DNA of 64,000 nucleotides from Clostridia bacterium. Its GTDB lineage: Bacteria; Bacillota; Clostridia; UBA1212; DUPL01. The position numbers and the translations under genes are program-made. Where the stretch lies: the NCBI GenBank assembly GCA_050951325.1, contig JBMNIW010000008.1, positions 256,001 through 320,000 of the forward strand, read 5' to 3'. Shown one piece after another: positions 51,410 to 62,078 of this stretch (positions within the stretch are counted from its first letter, which is position 1; every line of letters begins with the position of its first letter). The notes below the pieces were generated by a model, which saw nothing but the letters and a program-made list of their open reading frames with translations, was not told the DNA's origin and searched no databases.

Positions 51410-52160
51410 ATACAATTTCTGCATTGATAAAACGAAACATACGCTTGTTTCTTCGCGACAAAGCGACAGTCTTTTTCTCTTTTCTAAGCACCCTTATACT
51501 GGTTGCTCTGTATTTGCTTTTTATTGCAGATATTTACACAGACTCAATGGATATTTTAGGAGCTGAAACCTCAGGGTTTTCACTTAACACCGGTGCTAAA
51601 GATTTCATTGTTTACCTGCAAATGATGGCAGGAGTTCTGGTACTTAATTCTATTTCTCTTGCAACGGGTGTTTTCTCTACCATAGCAAAAGATTTTGAAA
51701 GCCGTAGGATTGACAGCTTTTTGCTTACCCCTATCAAACCCTATAAGCTGATCTTCTCCTATTTCATTACAGGGCTTTATGTAAGTCTTACACTAAATGC
51801 AATTACATGGCTGATTAGTTCTGTTGTCATTGGCCTAACCACTGGATTTTGGATTTCTGTAGCAACCTTCTTAATGAGTCTAGTCGTTTTGTTTGTTGCA
51901 TCTATCATATCATGTTCGTTCATGCTTTTAGTAACCACACTAGCAAAATCTTCAGTGGCGATAGGCGTAATTAACGGTTTTTTAGGTACATTTATTGGCT
52001 TTCTTTGTGGTATTTATATGCCCTATAGTAACCTGGGAGAGAGTACAAAAAGGATAGGTTCTCTCTTGCCCTTTTCCCATATCACAATCTGGTTAAAGCG
52101 CGTGGTACTAGGTGATGCATTTTCACAAACCGGCATTCCAGAGGAATATACAGACATCTT
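51406..52160 (+). pseudogene. ABC-2 permease, 3'-truncated at the IS junction
   Basis: RNIRLFLRDKATVFFS..GFLCGIYMP; the frame runs into IS sequence at about 52160. Confidence 0.75.
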
Positions 52161-53058
52161 AGTATACGTATTGCATCATCTTTTCCTCTAATTGCTTTAT
52201 TTGTTGCTAACATCATAGGGGTATCTGATAAACCATATACTAGGATAAGACTAATATTTCTTTTGCTAGCAGTTATTTTAACATTAAGATGGCTTATGTA
52301 ACAATCACGGATCTCTTTATCAAAATAACAGTTGGTCTTAATCTTTCCCTTTCTTGAATCCCTTAAAACGGTGGATTTAAACCATTTGCCTTTGTGAAAT
52401 AACTTTCTTTTCTCCGTGAGCCTAATGACATAATCTTGATTATTTTTATGCATGTAATTAAACATAGCATTCATATCATATCCTCGATCGAAAATAAATG
52501 TACCTTTACCCTTTATTGTTTCAATAACTTTATCTAATCCTTCAAAAGTAATTGTGTTTGCTGACTTATAGTCCTCTTCTTTAGATGAATGTATATGAGA
52601 AAATAAACTCGATGGATTCTTTTTCTCCTTAGTTAAAGCTACTATCTCTGTAACCATATAGCCTTTTACTGTTTTTTTCTCTTTGCTAGAACCATCAATT
52701 ACTTTATCGAGACACTCGAATTTATAACCATGAGGCTTAATAACATCACTATCATCCACCATAATAACAGGGTTTTCTCCAATGGCTTCATTTACTAATT
52801 TACAATATTCTCTGTCTATAGATGGATCTAAGTCTTTTTCTAAATTTATACTTAGTCTTTCAATAGTATTTTTCTTTTGTATTGGTTCCATTATGCATCT
52901 GATATACTGCTTAATTTAACATCTTTCTTCTTAATAATTCCATACACCATATCTGAAACAAACTTACAACTGACTTGTCCTGACTTTTTAGTTAGTTTAC
53001 TTGTGAAGTTAAAAATACTTCTCTTGATTTGATATGTATCTGTGGTAGAATAGTACAT
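52158..53058 (-). pseudogene. 5' half of the split IS4-like transposase, with a 1-nt frameshift near 52890
   Basis: MYYSTTDTYQIKR..SSISDA / MEPIQKK..VDDSDVIKP..FDRGYD..MMLATN..DDAIRILR. Confidence 0.85.
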
Positions 53059-53258
53059 GTGGAAACCCCTTTTCATTTTGTTTAGTATGCTTTTTATCGC
53101 ATTAAAATTATACCAAATAAACGAGAGGGTTTCCACTTTTTTATGCTCTTTTTACTAATATTTCGACTGTTTTTAGTGCTTTTTTGCAAATCTGTGGATA
53201 ACTTTTGTTTTTATCTAGAAAACCATTTAAAAAAACGGAAACTCAAGTACTATGAACC

Positions 53259-53286
53259 TTGACAACAAATTTTAGACGGATATAAT
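53259..53286 (+). promoter_or_regulatory. Consensus sigmaA promoter for trmB
   Basis: TTGACA-16-TATAAT. Confidence 0.75.
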
Positions 53287-53325
53287 CTCACATGAGCAAT
53301 AATTAATAACGGAGAAGATTTGCAA

Positions 53326-53952
53326 ATGAGGATGAGAACGAAGAAAAACCTAATACCAAGACTTGAAAGAGTATCCCACTTAATATGTAGCAAACCAGAA
53401 GAAAGGAAAGGAAAATGGGCCAGTGGCAGACCACTGCACTTGGAAATCGGGTGTGGCAAAGGCGATTTCATATCGGAGCTTGCCGAAAGAAACCCTGACA
53501 TTCAGTATGTTGCACTGGAGGTTGTAAAAGAAGCCGCTGTCATGGCACTTGAGAAAGTTGATGAAAAGAAACTTGCCAATGTCATCTTCATACTGGAAGA
53601 TGCCAAGAATATATCCGAATATTTTGACAAAGGCGAGGTAGACAGAATCTATCTCAATTTCAGCGACCCATGGCCAAAGAAGAAAAAATCAAAAAGAAGA
53701 CTCACCCATCCTGATTTTCTTAAAGTGTACAAGGAAATACTGAATGAAGATGGTGAGATTCATCAAAAAACCGACAATTTAGACTTTTTTGAGTTTTCAC
53801 TGGAATCATACAAGGAAATGGACTATACCCTGTATGAAACAACATATGATTTGCATTCCACTGATTTTCGTGGCAATATTATGACAGAATACGAAAAGAG
53901 GTTTGTGGCAGAGGGTAAACCCATCTGCAGAGTTGTTGCAAAACTGAAATAA
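53326..53952 (+). CDS. trmB: tRNA (guanine-N7)-methyltransferase
   Basis: LEIGCGKG, LNFSDPWPK, KTDN, MTEYEKRF. Confidence 0.96.
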   Translation: MRMRTKKNLIPRLERVSHLICSKPEERKGKWASGRPLHLEIGCGKGDFISELAERNPDIQYVALEVVKEAAVMALEKVDEKKLANVIFILEDAKNISEYFDKGEVDRIYLNFSDPWPKKKKSKRRLTHPDFLKVYKEILNEDGEIHQKTDNLDFFEFSLESYKEMDYTLYETTYDLHSTDFRGNIMTEYEKRFVAEGKPICRVVAKLK

Positions 53953-53973
53953 GTATAGTTAAGGAGGCGAAAT

Positions 53974-54318
53974 ATGGACACAAAGGATAGAATTGATGCA
54001 AATAGAAAAAGGCTGCTTGTTACCGCCTCCATTCTTTTTTTAGTTACAGTAATATCCATTGCTGTCATGTTTGTATCTAAAAAGTTTCGAACATTTGACG
54101 GCTGGGACAAGTATCCAACCAAAACTCTTGAAACACCGGATAAAAGAGATTACCCGGGAAATATATCTACAGAACTTCAGGAAAAACTAAGATATCTTCC
54201 AGATGATGCAATAGTCAGGGTAATTGTCAGCAACTTTCCTCTTCCGCTTGAAATGTCAAAAGCGGATATATTGGAAATGGCAAACGCACAACCTGATTTG
54301 ACTTTCGATAATGAATAA
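53974..54318 (+). CDS. Hypothetical protein with one N-terminal TM helix
   Basis: RBS AAGGAGG; hydrophobic stretch. Confidence 0.65.
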   Translation: MDTKDRIDANRKRLLVTASILFLVTVISIAVMFVSKKFRTFDGWDKYPTKTLETPDKRDYPGNISTELQEKLRYLPDDAIVRVIVSNFPLPLEMSKADILEMANAQPDLTFDNE

Positions 54319-54324
54319 AAAAAC

Positions 54325-54672
54325 GTGCAAGCATACCTATAAGCCGGGTTCTGTCGAGAATGATCATCTATCTTGACCATACATTACTGTATGGTTCCAG
54401 CCACCTTGGGAAATAAGCCGGACCAGCTTGTTCTTCCACTGCGGTGTTGCTCCGGGCGGGGTTTACACGGCCAACATGTCACCATGCTGCCGGTGAGCTC
54501 TTACCTCACCTTTTCACCCTTACTCAGTATTGAACTGAGCGGTTATTTTCTGTTGCACTTTCCTGGGAGTCGCCTCCACTGGGTGTTACCCAGCACCCTG
54601 TCCTGCGGAGCCCGGACTTTCCTCAAATACATCCTTTCGAATTGTATTCGCGATCATTCAGTATGCTTGCAC
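54325..54672 (-). ncRNA. rnpB: RNase P RNA, type A
   Basis: GAGGAAAGTCCGGGCTCC and ACAGAACCCGGCTTA on the minus strand; P1 helix GTGCAAGCATAC pairs the two ends. Confidence 0.96.
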
Positions 54673-54696
54673 TCGCACCTTCTATTATATCATATT

Positions 54697-55482
54697 TTAG
54701 CGTAAAATAAATGGATTTTTCTGTCTGACAGATTTCAATATCCTTGTCTTGTCTCCAAATCTTTTGCTAATAATATCAGCCATTGCATCCATTCCCCATA
54801 CCTCTGTCTCATAGTGGCCAGCAGAAATGGTTACAAAACCATGCATGTTCAAATCTATTGCCTGGGAATGCTTAACTTCTCCAGTAACAAGACAATCCAC
54901 CCCATTTTCATATATCCATGCACTCTCTCCATCAAAGGAGCCACAAGAAACACCAACTACTTTTATCTTTTTTCTTTCCAATCCTTCCGGTATGACAACT
55001 TTAACAAACTTTGCTTGCAGCCTGTCTTTCACATGTTCACAAAATTCAGAAATATCCATTTCCTTGTCAAGAACTCCGAACCTGTGCTGCATATATTCAT
55101 CTTCTCGTATATCCTTAAGCCCAATTTTTACACACAAGGCATGATTCACACCCTTTTCTGCAAAATCCCAATTTGTATGAGCAGACAATACATTCAATTC
55201 ATTCCTGACAGCCATACCCAGCAGTTTTCCTCTTACATTGTCCTCATCAAGTCTTTTGACAGGATCGAAAATGAAGGGATGATGTGTAATTATTGTGTTT
55301 ACACCTTCCTCTACCGCTTCATAAATAACTTCCCTGGTAAGATCAAGGCAGCACAGAATGCCTCTAACTTCCTTGTCCCTACTGCCCGTCATAAGGCCCA
55401 CATTGTCAAAGGACAAGGCCTTCTCACTTGGAGCAATCTCTTCAATATATTTCATCAAATCATATACCTTCAACATTTTCAT
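54697..55482 (-). CDS. Nif3-like dinuclear metal centre protein
   Basis: DNVGL, THHP, HTNWD, AGHYETE. Confidence 0.92.
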   Translation of the reverse strand: MKMLKVYDLMKYIEEIAPSEKALSFDNVGLMTGSRDKEVRGILCCLDLTREVIYEAVEEGVNTIITHHPFIFDPVKRLDEDNVRGKLLGMAVRNELNVLSAHTNWDFAEKGVNHALCVKIGLKDIREDEYMQHRFGVLDKEMDISEFCEHVKDRLQAKFVKVVIPEGLERKKIKVVGVSCGSFDGESAWIYENGVDCLVTGEVKHSQAIDLNMHGFVTISAGHYETEVWGMDAMADIISKRFGDKTRILKSVRQKNPFILR

Positions 55483-56164
55483 CAATCCACCTTACCACCT
55501 TTTTATACTCAACAATCCTCTTTTCTATCTCTTCCGTCCTGTTTTTTACCTTTTCAAGCTTTCTCAGCACCTTGTCAGCCTTTTGTCTCAATTCCTGATA
55601 GTATACTACTCTGCCTTCAGTATCCTTTTTATTCAAAACCTTGCCCACAATCAAATCAATTTCGTCATACTCACTGACAAGGCCTGGAACATGTCTGCAT
55701 AGAATAACCAGATAGCAATGCCCCCTGTCCATAACCGCATTCTCATCCAGTATCTCAAAGCCATTATCAAACAAGTACTTCCTCAATGAAGCTTCTTCCG
55801 TATTTGGCTGCAGTACCAAATAGGGTGTTTCTTTTGCAATATCAAAAGAATCCTCAATCAGCCTGGATATAAGGATTCCACCCATACCGGCAAGCACTGA
55901 AACTTGACACTCTCCAGTTTTCAGCACTTCAAATCCAGAACCCAACCTTGTTTCAATTTTATCACTTAAATGGTGTCTCTTTATGTTCTTTTCAGCAGAT
56001 TGCAGCGGACCTATCTTCACATCAGAGGCAATTGCTCTGTTGCACTTTCCATTCAAGACAAGATATATCGGCAGTAGAGCATGATCTGTTCCTATGTCCG
56101 CCATGCACTCGCATTTTGGTATCATGTTGGCTACCATTAATAGTCTTTTGTTTCTAAGTACCAT
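55460..56164 (-). CDS. trmK: tRNA (adenine22-N1)-methyltransferase
   Basis: DIGTDHALLP, AGMGG, LVLQPN; next to nif3. Confidence 0.92.
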   Translation of the reverse strand: MVLRNKRLLMVANMIPKCECMADIGTDHALLPIYLVLNGKCNRAIASDVKIGPLQSAEKNIKRHHLSDKIETRLGSGFEVLKTGECQVSVLAGMGGILISRLIEDSFDIAKETPYLVLQPNTEEASLRKYLFDNGFEILDENAVMDRGHCYLVILCRHVPGLVSEYDEIDLIVGKVLNKKDTEGRVVYYQELRQKADKVLRKLEKVKNRTEEIEKRIVEYKKVVRWIDENVEGI

Positions 56165-56320
56165 CAATCAACCTCCAAATATACTAACAAAACATATTAT
56201 ATCTACTTTTCTCTCTTGAGTAAAGGAATCACATTTATGGGACAAAGTCACACAAATAATATTGATACTCAAAAAAATGTGGTATACTTTTAGCTCAAAC
56301 CATATATATGGGAGTAAGCT

Positions 56321-57229
56321 ATGAGGAAAAGACAAGATCATTTATTTGCATACATATCAGCAACACTATACGCAGCAATAGTTAGCATGTCCTTTCTAAC
56401 AGTAAAGATTGGCCTTGTGAGTGCCAATCCTTTTGAGTTGCTTGCCTACAGATTCACTATTGCATTCCTTGCAATTGTGCTAGCCCTTGCATTCAGAGTG
56501 GTCAAACTAAGAATAACCAAGGAGAAGATACTAAAACTTGCTCCTCTTGCATTGTTTTACCCGGTATTCTACTTTTCCTTCCAAAGCTTTGGACTTACTT
56601 ACACAACCAGTGTGGAAGCAGGAATCATGAATGCACTGATTCCTGTACTGACACTTATACTTGCTACTATTTTCCTAAAAGAAAAAACTACAGTTCTTCA
56701 GAAACTGTCAATAATACTTTCTGTACTAGGAGTTGTATACATAACCTTAATGAAAGGAAACAGCTCTTCCTCTCGCAATCTGGTAGGCATAATACTTCTT
56801 TTTGTCTCCTCAACATCCTTTTCAGCTTACAGTGTGCTGGTCAAGAAGCGCTCAAAGGAGTTTTCGACCACTGACATAAGTTTTGTAGTGACCATATTGG
56901 GATTTGTATCCTTTAATCTGCTAAACTTTTGCAATCACTTGCTAAAAGGGACATTATCCAGCTATTTTGAACCTTTGAAAAACACAAGTTTTATATGGTC
57001 AATTCTTTATTTAGGAATACTCTCCACCTTGTTCACTTCACTGCTTGCCAACTACTCACTGTCAAAAATTGAGGCTTCAAAGATGAATGTTTTTGTAAAC
57101 CTGGCAACCGTATTGTCAATAGCAGCAGGCTCTGTTTTTCTGGATGAAAAAATATATTACTATCATATAATCGGTTCTGTTTTGATTGTTTTGGGGGTTT
57201 TGGGAACTAATTTTCTTGGAAAACGGTAG
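56321..57229 (+). CDS. EamA/DMT-family transporter
   Basis: About 10 TM helices, FLKEK and FLDEKI. Confidence 0.88.
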   Translation: MRKRQDHLFAYISATLYAAIVSMSFLTVKIGLVSANPFELLAYRFTIAFLAIVLALAFRVVKLRITKEKILKLAPLALFYPVFYFSFQSFGLTYTTSVEAGIMNALIPVLTLILATIFLKEKTTVLQKLSIILSVLGVVYITLMKGNSSSSRNLVGIILLFVSSTSFSAYSVLVKKRSKEFSTTDISFVVTILGFVSFNLLNFCNHLLKGTLSSYFEPLKNTSFIWSILYLGILSTLFTSLLANYSLSKIEASKMNVFVNLATVLSIAAGSVFLDEKIYYYHIIGSVLIVLGVLGTNFLGKR

Positions 57230-57269
57230 AAAAAAAGAGGCTGCAAACCAGCCTCCGCAATACTAAATA

Positions 57270-58556
57270 TTATACCCAGCCACGTTTCTTGACTGCTTCT
57301 GCAACTCTATTTATTGATATAACGTATGCAGCGTCACGCATGTAAAGGTCCTGCTCCTTGTGCAGATCATATACTGCCTTGAATGCTGCTGTCATCTTTG
57401 TATCAAGTTTCTGCATAACTTCTTCCTTCTCCCAGAAATAGTTCATGTTGCACTGAACCTGTTCGAAGTAGCTGCAGGTAACTCCTCCTGCATTTGCCAA
57501 GAAGTCAGGAATTACAAAAATACCTCTCTCTTTTATAACCTCATCTGCTTCCGGTGTTGTAGGTCCGTTTGCAGCTTCAGCAAGCACCTTTACCTTCTCA
57601 CTAATTTTATGAACGTTGTCTGCTTTGATTTGATTCTCAAGAGCAGCAGGAATAAGGATATCCACTTCCTGTTCAATCCATGCATCTCCAGGCAGAATCT
57701 CACAACCCATTTCTTTGGCCTTGTCTTTGTCAACTGTACCAAAGGAATCTGTGATGCTGCGCAACTTTTCTATGTCAAGTCCGTCTGCATTCTTGAATGT
57801 ATATGCAGTCTTGTCATTATTGTCCCAACAGGATATTGCGATTACCTTGCCACCCAACTGTGTATACAGCAAAGCTGCATACTGTGCAACATTGCCAAAA
57901 CCTTGTATGCTTGCAGTGGTTTTTGTAATATCAATATCGAGAGCTTTCAAAGCTTCTCTGAGTACAAATACAACACCAAATCCTGTTGCTTCTGTTCTTC
58001 CCAATGAACCACCCATTCCAACAGGCTTTCCGGTAATGACGCCGGGATATCTGCCGCCTACAATTGTCTCATATTCATCCAACATCCAAAGCATGTGCTT
58101 TGCATTTGTCATAACATCAGGTGCAGGTACATCTATGTTAGGTCCAATATTCTTTGCCAACTGCCTTATATATCCGCGACAAAGCTGTTCCTGCTCACGT
58201 TCAGACATTGTTCTGGGATCGCATATGACGCCGCCTTTTCCTCCGCCCAGCGGGATGTCAACAACAGCACATTTCCAGGTCATCCACATGGACAATGCCC
58301 TAATGGTATCAACAGTCTCATTTGGATGGAAACGTATACCTCCCTTTGCAGGTCCTCTGGCATCGTTGTGTTGAATTCTAAAAGCCTTGAATACTTTTGT
58401 ACTGCCATCATCCATTTTTACTGGTATGGTAAAATGATATTCTCTAATTGGCTGACGCAACAGTTCGCAAGTCGCTTCATCGAGCCCTATTTTATCTGCC
58501 ACACTATTAAACTGCGCCTGCGCATGTTCATATGCGTTGTAGTTTTCTTTGCTCAT
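57270..58556 (-). CDS. gdh: Glutamate dehydrogenase (Glu/Leu/Phe/Val family)
   Basis: GPAKGGIRFHP, GGGKGG, DVPAPD, QGFGNV, ANAGGV. Confidence 0.92.
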   Translation of the reverse strand: MSKENYNAYEHAQAQFNSVADKIGLDEATCELLRQPIREYHFTIPVKMDDGSTKVFKAFRIQHNDARGPAKGGIRFHPNETVDTIRALSMWMTWKCAVVDIPLGGGKGGVICDPRTMSEREQEQLCRGYIRQLAKNIGPNIDVPAPDVMTNAKHMLWMLDEYETIVGGRYPGVITGKPVGMGGSLGRTEATGFGVVFVLREALKALDIDITKTTASIQGFGNVAQYAALLYTQLGGKVIAISCWDNNDKTAYTFKNADGLDIEKLRSITDSFGTVDKDKAKEMGCEILPGDAWIEQEVDILIPAALENQIKADNVHKISEKVKVLAEAANGPTTPEADEVIKERGIFVIPDFLANAGGVTCSYFEQVQCNMNYFWEKEEVMQKLDTKMTAAFKAVYDLHKEQDLYMRDAAYVISINRVAEAVKKRGWV

Positions 58557-58804
58557 TCGAGTGTTCCCCCTATAGTTGTTTTTTCGTATGCAATTATACA
58601 ATCATACGGATGGCATGTCAACGAATTTACTATGATAAATCGTTAAAAGATAACTCGCTGCTCAAACCTTCTGGCAGTTTCATCACTGTCCAGCAAATAA
58701 TATTTTACCAACCATATACTCGCCATATACGTCTTGCTTGAAATTTGCAAAGGTTAGCGCTACATCAACCATAAAAGTACAGAAATCTGCAAAGAAGTAT
58801 TGGA

Positions 58805-58824
58805 AGCGGGCATGCATGCCCGCT
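58805..58824. terminator. Perfect palindrome just after the ECF gene
   Basis: AGCGGGCATGCATGCCCGCT. Confidence 0.5.
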
Positions 58825-58828
58825 CATA

Positions 58829-61800
58829 TCAGCTCTTTTCCATCAGTTTTCTGGCATGTTCCATAAATTCCTTAAATCGCTCCTCATTGCGCACACTATC
58901 GAACCACTCCCAGCCGCGGGTTACAGTCATGCTATAATACATAAAACCACTGTTATCCTGGAAACACCAATCATACTGCAATAGCTCCGTTGTTCCATCA
59001 GGCAGCTCAATTATACCACTGCCCTTGATGACCTTGACTCCACCAAATATTAGTTTGCTGCCTACTTCAAGTGGTGTGCCATCAGGTATCTCAGTCCATT
59101 TCGCGTATAGTTCTAAGGCGCGTTCAAGATAATTGTATCCTTCATCTCTTTGACCACAACCAAACAAAGCACAAGCAGCTCTAAAGCAGCAGCTTGCATA
59201 CAACCCAAGCCAGGCACGGGGTACACCTTTTCCTTCTCCCAAAAATTCACACATGCCCATACTATACTTGAACCATGCAACAGCACGCTCCGCATTACCA
59301 CGATTGCGTTTTGGCCGTTCCAACATATGAAGAACAAGCTGTAGTTTATTTACAGATTCGCGCAAACGGCTTTCTTCATATTTTCCCTGACGCCACAGAT
59401 CCTCCTCAATCACTTCTCCATATATTGAGCTGTACTGAGTCACAATTTCAGGTTTCTTCCTTATACCACAACGATCTTCGAATATAACGATGTTTCCATC
59501 CTCATCCACCACATATGTGTACTCCGCACTGCCTATATAGCCATCAGTAAGGTTTTGCGCTTCATATTTACGCATCATACCGTCACCAACAGGCATAAAG
59601 CCTTTTCCCACACCTTCATAAGCTGTAAGCTCATAAACTGTCTTTGCAAGTTCTTTGCCGGGATGATAGTTTACAGTACGTATAATTCCTACTCCCGGAG
59701 CAAAATAGTATTCTTTCCTGCCTCCTCGATATGTAAGACCTGTGTCAAACCCTTTTATATCAAGCGATAACTTGATGCAGTCATTGAAGGTGCCGGCTTT
59801 GGTAGCAATTTCTCCTGCTTTTTCAGAAACAATTGTTGTTTTAATATAATAACTGTTCCATAGCAAGAATTCCTCCACATATTCCCCTTCTTCTACCCAT
59901 TCATCACACCAGATGCAGTTCGTGCCATTTTGCAAAATATCGTAAATGTCATTAAAAAGGAGTGCTTCTTCAGAAACATTACCCCACCTGACATTCTTCC
60001 ATTCAAAAGACCACCGATAATTATCCATATACTCCAGCCTGCTGCCTTTCCCAAGAGCATACCCTTTCCTAAAAAAGTTCCAATGCCCAGTATGCATATA
60101 ATCAGGATTGAAGGAAGGATCTGTTGCAAGAATCCTCTCCACAACAGAGCATGCAGCCTTTGTATGGGCCCTTTGCATTGGTGTTTGAGCAAGTATTCTT
60201 GCCCTTTCCACGGCATGGGATACGTCATGCAATGTATATTTGCCATCCTTGTAGCTGCAGTATTCATTGCGTATATGTTGAATCATGTCAATCCAGGAAT
60301 TATCATCATAACCAAGTCTCTCAATCTCACAGTTCTGTGTAAGCAAAACTTTTTTGTCGTCAGCATGACTCATAACGAACCTGGAAGAATGAAGAATAAA
60401 CTTTGGGTTGTTGTCTGAAACATATTCCCAGGAGTTGCCTGTATGGCTTGGCAAGATTCCTTTTCCTCCTACTATGTCATACGACTTTAGAAGTCTTGTT
60501 TCTTTGACACCATCACATTGCCTTACGTGTTTGACAATACCCACATCCTGTTTGTAGTATGTGTAATATGTAGCTTCTTTGTGCTTGGTAATCCAAAGCT
60601 GGCAGCTTTCGAATGTACCACAAGGAGTTTCAACCTCTGCCGAATCCTCTGCATACGCAAGAGTCGTACCGTCGGAGCCTGTGTAGGTATCACCTACTCT
60701 CAGACCTTCAATGATAAAATTGCCATCGCAGAGGGATGCGTTTCTAAAGATAAAATCAATCTCAAGATCAAAAGAGATAAGGTGTCCATTCGAATACCAC
60801 TCCTGGTTCCAGCGGCACAGCTTTCCATTTATTAACCGGTATTCCTCAGCTGCACATCTTAATCTGTATTTGTCCTCATCCTTATCAGCGTACTCCTTCA
60901 AATGTTTCCTTTCCATCTTCGTTGCTGCAATTGCATATGCATAATACAAGTCGGAGGGTTTTATGATTGACAGCACTTTTTCAAACGCTTCAAAACCTTT
61001 CTCAGTCTCTTTATTCTCAAAGTATGCTTTCCCAAGCCAGAACCACTCATGTGCAAGGCTTTTCACAAATCCCAGTTTCTCAAGTCTGGGAATCTGCTTG
61101 TCACGAATAAATTCATGTCTTACCCCGTAGGATACTTTTAAATCCTCCCTGCTGACCACAAACTGCATAACTTCATCGTTCCTGCCTTTTTCAGCGGCTT
61201 CCACAATCCTGGCAAACAAAGCGTCGTTCTTGTCACCGGGAAGCCACCACCATCCACGCATCAAGACATCCGCCAATGCATGATACTTGTCAATAGATTC
61301 AGGAAGTTCTTCCACATCTTTTAGTACATCATTGTATACAACCTCAAATCCGTCTTTACTATTCATAAGTTGCCATAGTTTCATTTCCTCAACCTTTTTC
61401 ATAACCTTCTTAACAAAAGTGTCCCTGATTTCCTCATTCATGGAGCTCAATCCTTTCCTTATTCTTTTTCTGCCATCATGGAGCTGCCACTTTACTGTCC
61501 CTGGGGAAATTCTCATTCTGTCTGCAATCTCCGCAACAGACAAGTCCTTCAAAGTAGTGAAGATAAATAATATCCCTTACTTTTTCAGGCAGCTTGCTGA
61601 TGCCATTATGAAGTTTTTCCTTCTCTTCGGATTTTGCATAAAGATAATGAGGATCCTCATAATATTCATCTTTTAGATTGAAACCATCGACTTCCTCCAG
61701 ACTGAGGAAACTGCGGTACCTTGTAACCATGTTTTTTGCACAATTCTTTGCAATGCGGCAAACCCACGCCCTAAACTTGGCAGGCTCCCGCAATACATTT

Positions 61801-61997
61801 AACTTCATCCATGCAGTTACAAATGCGTCTTGAGCAGCATCCTCGGCCATGAACTGATTATGTGTGACAGAGCTTGCGGAAGCTATTACCACTTTTTCAT
61901 AGCGTGCAACAAGAACTTCATAAGCTCTTTGCTCTCCTGCAAGCGTCAGCATAACCAGTGTTTCGTCGTTTTGATCATAATATAGCAAATGCATCAT
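58829..61997 (-). CDS. ECF sigma factor fused to a ~880-aa C-terminal extension, split by a 1-nt frameshift near 61545
   Basis: Region 2 AEDAAQDAF..FRAWV and region 4 LPEK..LHYFEG / LSVAEIA..GTVKWQLHDGRK continue across the frames at GAAGGACTTGTCT. Confidence 0.8.
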
Positions 61998-62078
61998 CCT
62001 TTACATTAACATCTTTTCAAAAAGTTTTTTCTAGCGCTACCCTATAGACACATATAAGAGGAAAAAGGTTGGGTTTTC

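Larger units (their letters stand above)
43440..53247 (-). mobile_element. IS4-like element split by ~8.2 kb cargo, bounded by IRs and an 8-bp target duplication
   Basis: IRs CTTGAGTTTCCGTTTTTT / AAAAAACGGAAACTCAAG; TACTATGA at 43432-43439 and 53248-53255. Confidence 0.85.

Noticed and set aside
54373-54705. 110-aa ORF on the + strand
   Set aside because: Antisense shadow of rnpB
61530-61560. Programmed frameshift in the ECF gene
   Set aside because: No slippery run or stimulator seen; similar single-base indels near 52890 and 63150 point to sequencing error or recent mutation
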